Part shown: positions 59,056 through 64,000 of the stretch, one piece after another
Position numbering within the stretch: the first letter of the stretch is position 1
Layout: each line of letters starts with the position of its first letter
From: Waterburya sp.
GTDB lineage: Bacteria; Cyanobacteriota; Cyanobacteriia; Cyanobacteriales; Xenococcaceae
Direction of reading: 5' to 3'
DNA length: 64,000 nucleotides
Assembly: GCA_965217895.1 (NCBI GenBank)
Contig: CBDCJV010000002.1
Coordinates: 4,032,001-4,096,000, forward strand
Program-made: the position numbers and the translations under genes
The notes under the pieces: model-generated
Seen by the model: the letters and a program-made list of their open reading frames with translations, nothing else
Databases searched by the model: none
Told to the model about the DNA's origin: nothing

Positions 59056-60711
59056 TCAATTAGCTTCTTTTTCTTTCGCTTCAAAAACTGGACAGTAGCC
59101 TTCTGGCACTACCTTAAAACCGTAAAGAGGCGACATTTGATTCCAGCAACGTTGATTGCCATAGTGTAAACAGCGATCGCAGCAGTCTAAATCTGATGAT
59201 ATTCGCCCTTGGCTATTAGAACTAAGTAGTTCTCTTTGAGATACTCCCCTAACTACCAATTCATCTCCTTGCCAACGTGCTTGGATAATACCAGTATCGG
59301 CGATGTTTTTCCATCTAGAGTCGTTACTAATGTTATCAGGTAAAATTATGGCGATCGCCGAACCAACTTCATTTAGCTCTCCTTCATAAAAAATAGGCTG
59401 AGGTGCTTTTGGCTGTAAAAAGCGATCGCCAATGGGCAACTCTACCAACATTTCATCAACAGGAGCATGAATCTGATAGCGGTTACGCAACTCTTCTAAA
59501 CTAGCAAGCTCCAGTAAATAGTTTAACGAGCCGTGGACAAAAATAACGTGCTGGGGGCGTAAGTTATGAATCAACTGAGTAGTGTTGCGTCCATCACTAT
59601 GTTCGGCCAATAAATAAGTCTCAATAGACACCGAAGATAGGCTATGAAGCAACTCTAGCTGTGGCGAATTTGGATGAATATAGTTCTGGGGATGTTCTGG
59701 TAACAAGATTAGCCATTCCCTGGTTTCTGTAGCTGGATATTCCCATAGGTCACTGCGATAATCTACCAAAAACACCCCAGCTTTTTGGTCATAAACTTTA
59801 TTCTCCAAAGGATTTAGACGACGCATTCTGGGGGAGATCCGTTCATCCCAAAACAAAGATTGATGCTTGGCAAAATTGCGAACAGATACAGGAAATTCAG
59901 ACAATAAATCTAGATAAATATCACAGGCAACAGCGACAGAATCATCCACCCAAATATCAATATCTTTGCCTGTAAACTGATGGTGCGATCGCAACAGTTT
60001 AAGTATTTCTTGCCCTAAGCCTATAGGAGGCACAGGAAGTAATACATTTTTGTTCTGCATCGAGGCTTGGTAAATACGCTCCATCAGCTGTTTTTCCTGG
60101 AGGCGACGATGGGGATGTCGTACTGTGCCATAACTGCCCTCGATAATCAGAATATCTGGAGATAGTCCCCGCAGGCTATCAATGGACATTCCTTCGACTA
60201 GCTGAAAGTTAGAAACAGAAAAATCCCCCGTATACATCACCCTGTAGTTACGTTCGGGGGTAGTGTAGGTAATCACAATAGCAGCAGCACCAGGTAAATG
60301 TCCCGCAGGCACTAATTCTATCTGTAAGTCTTGGCTGATGTTTACTGGCGATCGCCAAGGGACTACTGTACACCAATTTAGCTGTTCAAGAAGATCTTCA
60401 TCATGCCAATGAACCGCCAGTAATTTAGACGTAACTTCACTAGTATAAATTGGTAGTTGCGGAAAAGCCTGATGGAGCTGTAATAATCCCCGACAGTGAT
60501 CGTCGTGAGCATGAGAACAAAAAATTAAATCTGCTGGAGGCTGATTTTGCTCAAGCAGTATCTGCAAATTTTCCAGACCACAATCTAACAAAATGCGATA
60601 ATTACCAATCTGCAACAGCAAACAGATGCCTTCATCTCCATGACCTGCTCCATATACAAAACAGGATAAAGGCAGGGAGCTAGATAAAGCTTTCCCCTGA
60701 CTTTTACTCAT
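59056..60711 (-). CDS. MBL-fold beta-CASP nuclease family protein
   Basis: LLDCG, SHAHDDH, AGHLPGA, YTGD, EGSYG, EHSD, VHG; Cys-rich C-terminus. Confidence 0.88.
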   Translation of the reverse strand: MSKSQGKALSSSLPLSCFVYGAGHGDEGICLLLQIGNYRILLDCGLENLQILLEQNQPPADLIFCSHAHDDHCRGLLQLHQAFPQLPIYTSEVTSKLLAVHWHDEDLLEQLNWCTVVPWRSPVNISQDLQIELVPAGHLPGAAAIVITYTTPERNYRVMYTGDFSVSNFQLVEGMSIDSLRGLSPDILIIEGSYGTVRHPHRRLQEKQLMERIYQASMQNKNVLLPVPPIGLGQEILKLLRSHHQFTGKDIDIWVDDSVAVACDIYLDLLSEFPVSVRNFAKHQSLFWDERISPRMRRLNPLENKVYDQKAGVFLVDYRSDLWEYPATETREWLILLPEHPQNYIHPNSPQLELLHSLSSVSIETYLLAEHSDGRNTTQLIHNLRPQHVIFVHGSLNYLLELASLEELRNRYQIHAPVDEMLVELPIGDRFLQPKAPQPIFYEGELNEVGSAIAIILPDNISNDSRWKNIADTGIIQARWQGDELVVRGVSQRELLSSNSQGRISSDLDCCDRCLHYGNQRCWNQMSPLYGFKVVPEGYCPVFEAKEKEAN

Positions 60712-60877
60712 ACAAATAGCTCCTGAAAACTAAGATCGCCACAAACATCTAATACGCGTCTTTGTTTAAGATCTTAAGTTATAGCAGTCACAAAGTTCGA
60801 TTAAATCTAAAGAGAAGTTAAGCTCAATTTAAATGATTGAACAAATACAGTTGAATAATTGCTAATTAGTTTAATAA

Positions 60878-61000
60878 TCAATGGGCTGAACCGTTACCAT
60901 CATATTTGTCGGTATCATAATAACCGCCCTTGGTGCCAAAAAACAAACAGGTGACGGTAAAGATTCCTGTTAGAATTAGCAGAATTAATTTAACATCCAT
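60878..61000 (-). CDS. ndhP: NDH-1 complex small subunit NdhP (not in ORF track)
   Basis: MDVKLILLILTGIFTVTCLFFGTKGGYYDTDKYDGNGSAH: one TM followed by the characteristic FGT..G.YD.D.Y.GNGSAH tail. Confidence 0.9.
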   Translation of the reverse strand: MDVKLILLILTGIFTVTCLFFGTKGGYYDTDKYDGNGSAH

Positions 61001-61103
61001 AATCATAAAATCTCGTTTACTAAAACTCTTCTTATATGATAATGCGATAATCTAGCAGCAATTCTGCAAAAAATCTATTAAATTATACCTATATGTAGTT
61101 GCC

Positions 61104-61217
61104 CTAATCCTTTTTGTTCATAGCAACAACGCCTTGAAACAGCAGAAACAAACCACTAGTGACAATAATTAATGCCACTACACCAAATGTCAAATCCATC
61201 CAGCTACTGTTTTCCAT
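61104..61217 (-). CDS. 37-aa single-TM microprotein (not in ORF track)
   Basis: MENSSWMDLTFGVVALIIVTSGLFLLFQGVVAMNKKD; AGGA upstream of ATG; co-oriented with ndhP. Confidence 0.6.
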   Translation of the reverse strand: MENSSWMDLTFGVVALIIVTSGLFLLFQGVVAMNKKD

Positions 61218-61288
61218 TTGTTTTCCTAAATTGAATATAGAATAATCAGTAATATTATTTACATTTTTTCATAATTACTTACATTAGA

Positions 61289-61549
61289 ATGTTTCGAGTT
61301 ATAACTCCTGGTTTTGCAGCACATTACACTCGCTGGACAGATGCTTTAAACAAAGCTAATTCCTTGATACCTAGCTGCAAAGGTTTGTTCAAAGATGTGC
61401 GTATTTATTATGGAGATAATTTGATTTGGCTTTACAGTCGATCGCATAAATATCCTCAATATATTGGCGCAGGTATTTACGATAAGTTAGCCAAACTGTT
61501 TATCATCGAGGCAATGGAAGAAGAAGCTGAAGAACCTCTTTTAGACTAG
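61289..61549 (+). CDS. Hypothetical protein
   Basis: 86-aa ORF with W.YSR.H.YP..IG.G.YD.LA.LF pattern and acidic tail. Confidence 0.7.
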   Translation: MFRVITPGFAAHYTRWTDALNKANSLIPSCKGLFKDVRIYYGDNLIWLYSRSHKYPQYIGAGIYDKLAKLFIIEAMEEEAEEPLLD

Positions 61550-61686
61550 TGCGATCGCAACTACTCTAATTCATAATTAAATCTTGGCATGAATTATAGT
61601 CTTGAATATTTTTAGTTTATATAAAGTAAATATTTTTTTTTGATGAATTTTGTTGTTTTTTTTGCGAATTATTTTTATGACCATAG

Positions 61687-61722
61687 ACAAAAGCCTATAT
61701 TATTCACAATATAGGCTTTTGT
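61687..61722. other. Perfect 15-bp inverted repeat
   Basis: ACAAAAGCCTATATT-ATTCAC-AATATAGGCTTTTGT. Confidence 0.6.
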
Positions 61723-61758
61723 AACTTAAAATAATATTTGTAATATTTAATTCAAAAT

Positions 61759-62532
61759 TTGGTGGATAAAAACACAGTTAATGAACTTCTTCAGCAATAT
61801 TCTTCAGGGATAAGGCGATTTCATCAAGCACAACTTGAACAAGCAGATCTAAAAGAACAATTTTTGAGTCAAGTTGATTTAAAAGAAGCCAATCTTAATC
61901 GCGCCAACCTTAAAAATGCCGATTTGAGTGATGCTGATTTAAGTAAATCATCTTTAGTCAACGCAGATTTAAGTAAAGCTCATTTGAGTCGTATAAATTT
62001 GGTAAATGCCAATCTTACTGGAGCAGACTTGAGTGAATCAATTCTCAATCGAGCAGATTTAAGTAAAGCTTGTTTAATTAATGCTCGTTTAACTTCAGCA
62101 GTCGCCATAGAAGCTAATTTTAGCAACGCTAATTTATCAGGAGCTAATTTGAACGCCACAGATCTCAGCACTGCAAATCTTGCAGGAGCTTTCTATGATA
62201 ATAATACCAGTTTTCCTGCTGATTTTGATCCCGTGAGCAGAGGAATGATCGGCGAGTGTAATATTAAAGAATTAATTGCTCAGTTCGATCATCTTTGTCA
62301 GTGCAGTAATAAATATTTGGGAGGTACAATGACTACCAAGTATTTTAATTCCTCTCGCCCAGATTTTGATTGGCTCAATCAATTTGCGATCGATAAGTCT
62401 AGTCAGGTATCGTTTCAGGGAGATTTAGCAGATTCAATCAGCCCTCAGCAGCTACATTGGTTTCAAACTTGGATGGATTCTTTTATTAAATCTTGTTCTC
62501 AAATAATCAAGGATTTCCCAAAGCGAATTTAA
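61759..62532 (+). CDS. Pentapeptide-repeat protein with an extra C-terminal domain
   Basis: A(D/N)LXX repeats across roughly residues 20-145, A.YD..T.FP..FDP cap, then about 90 non-repeat residues. Confidence 0.9.
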   Translation: MVDKNTVNELLQQYSSGIRRFHQAQLEQADLKEQFLSQVDLKEANLNRANLKNADLSDADLSKSSLVNADLSKAHLSRINLVNANLTGADLSESILNRADLSKACLINARLTSAVAIEANFSNANLSGANLNATDLSTANLAGAFYDNNTSFPADFDPVSRGMIGECNIKELIAQFDHLCQCSNKYLGGTMTTKYFNSSRPDFDWLNQFAIDKSSQVSFQGDLADSISPQQLHWFQTWMDSFIKSCSQIIKDFPKRI

Positions 62533-62707
62533 GTTTTATTAATCAATTATTTCAGTATAAATACGCATTAATTTTCGATACAGATAATATCTTAAGCTGC
62601 TGCCAAACTAAAAATTTTTAAACTCTTTAATGATTTAGACTGAAATATCTTTCTAAATCCAATTGACATCAAAAATTATACAATCTATCTATTAGTGCGA
62701 CTCGTTT

Positions 62708-62852
62708 AGTAGAAAGGTACTAATTTAGTACGGGGATTACTAGCATGGAATGGCTAATGCCTCAAAGCAAGCCAATACAACCATGACAACTGAATATCCA
62801 TGAGAGTTCCCGAACTCCTGTTACAAGGATTAAGGTTAGTCACCTTTCTACT
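62708..62852. mobile_element. Short MITE-like remnant with imperfect terminal inverted repeats
   Basis: AGTAGAAAGGT-ACTAA (from 62708) versus TTAGTCACCTTTCTACT (to 62852). Confidence 0.45.
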
Positions 62853-62909
62853 TATCATTTGTTCCTATTTGGTAATTTGATATTTTTGGTAGATCTTTCC
62901 TTTTCCTGT

Positions 62910-63650
62910 TTACACATATCCACCGCTGGCGGGAAACGTATGTCCTGTAATCCAACTACACTGCTCGCTCACCACAAATGCCACGACATCTGCAATATCA
63001 TCTGGTTGTCCGATGCGATTAAAGGGAGATTGAGCAGCAGCAGCAGCTTTCGATTTGTCTATAGAGTCTTTAAACTCTTCTGTCTCAGTCGGACCAGGTG
63101 CGACACAATTGACGGTAATGCCGCGATCGCCTAACTCAATTGACAGCACTTTGCTCATGCCTTCAACGGCTGTTTTGCTGCCCACGTAAAGACCGTATCC
63201 TGCGGGTGGACGAACCACCAGACCGCTAGAGATATTTACGATTCGTCCGTTATTATTAAGTCGTCGCGCTGCTTCTCGCATACAAAAAAACGCACCTTTG
63301 GCATTAAGCCCAAACATTTTATCGAAGGTATCATCGTCCGTATCGGCGATCGCACTAATCAAACGAATTCCCGCCACATTTACTACTATGTCGGGCTTGC
63401 CAAACTCTTGTTCGGCGAGGTCGAATAACGCTGCTACGCGATCGCTCTGACTCAAATCTGCCTGCACGGCGATTGCTTTACCTTTGTTTGCCTCAATGCG
63501 TTGTACGACCTGTTGAGCAGCATCTTCATGCCCGCTATAATGCACCACAACTGCTGCACCCTCTCTTGACAGGCGATCGCAGATAGCCGAACCAATTCCG
63601 CCCGATCCCCCTGTGACTATTGCAACTTTATCTTTTAATGTTGTTGGCAT
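62910..63650 (-). CDS. Short-chain dehydrogenase/reductase (SDR)
   Basis: TGGSGGIG, VNVAG, NISS, YVGSK, VAPGPT; AGGAG ribosome-binding site. Confidence 0.93.
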   Translation of the reverse strand: MPTTLKDKVAIVTGGSGGIGSAICDRLSREGAAVVVHYSGHEDAAQQVVQRIEANKGKAIAVQADLSQSDRVAALFDLAEQEFGKPDIVVNVAGIRLISAIADTDDDTFDKMFGLNAKGAFFCMREAARRLNNNGRIVNISSGLVVRPPAGYGLYVGSKTAVEGMSKVLSIELGDRGITVNCVAPGPTETEEFKDSIDKSKAAAAAQSPFNRIGQPDDIADVVAFVVSEQCSWITGHTFPASGGYV

Positions 63651-63721
63651 ATTCTCTCCTTAATTTTTTTAGCCTTTGCAAGCATAAATCCTCTCATCGT
63701 GAACCTTGCAACGGGATGTAC

Positions 63722-64000
63722 TCAATTGACTGCTTTTTCGCTATGGGTTGGATAAGTGCCTGGCGGACCGAGAATTTCGTCGCCGATCTCAGCACTAATG
63801 CGCTCCATCAATGCCATATCTGGCGTTGCTTCTCGTTCTAGCGTCCCCGTTTCGGCAATTAGCCGAGCAAAGCCACTGGGCGCAGCGACCACCAACATAC
63901 GGGCGGGCTGACTGCTAAGGGCAGCGACGGTGTGGGGAATGCCAGTCTGAATCAGAAAACTTTCACCAGCCTTTAATACAGCCTTTTGCTCGCCAGCCCA
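63722..64000 (-). CDS. Cupin-domain protein, 5' end outside the window (not in ORF track)
   Basis: Open frame WAGEQKAVLKAGESFLIQTGIPHTVAALSSQPARMLVVAAPSGFARL...ILGPPG; cupin motif 2 G...I..G.PH. Confidence 0.75.
   Translation of the reverse strand, partial: WAGEQKAVLKAGESFLIQTGIPHTVAALSSQPARMLVVAAPSGFARLIAETGTLEREATPDMALMERISAEIGDEILGPPGTYPTHSEKAVN

Overview
A 64-kb, AT-rich chromosomal segment from a cyanobacterium. The evidence is the dense HIP1 octamer GCGATCGC, heptamer tandem repeats, raf1, ndhP and a Zam-type RNase R gene. Most genes are housekeeping or conserved cyanobacterial genes (miaB, cobS, tgt, era, moaD, nrdB, raf1, pmbA/tldE, M16 peptidase, lytic transglycosylase, UPF0182). 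I found no rRNA, tRNA or CRISPR array. The most striking accessory block is 16.8-25.8 kb, a co-oriented cluster of a polyprenyl-phosphate-sugar synthase-like GT2, a second GT2, a sulfotransferase, a flippase-like membrane protein and three tandem paralogous polytopic proteins with GT-C-like motifs. I infer it is a lipid-carrier-dependent, possibly sulfated, surface glycosylation system. Other points of interest: a pore-less voltage-sensor-like protein coupled to a TetR gene, a possible RNA-processing neighbourhood (degenerate RNase R, Sm-like protein, beta-CASP nuclease), a GntR/amidohydrolase/GGCT module with a shared candidate operator, a toxin-antitoxin pair with a broken PIN toxin, a nested MITE with a 5-bp target duplication, and features missed by the ORF track (ndhP, a 37-aa membrane microprotein, two pseudogenes, IS remnants, a partial cupin gene). 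All family assignments come from motif recognition by eye; no database searches were run.
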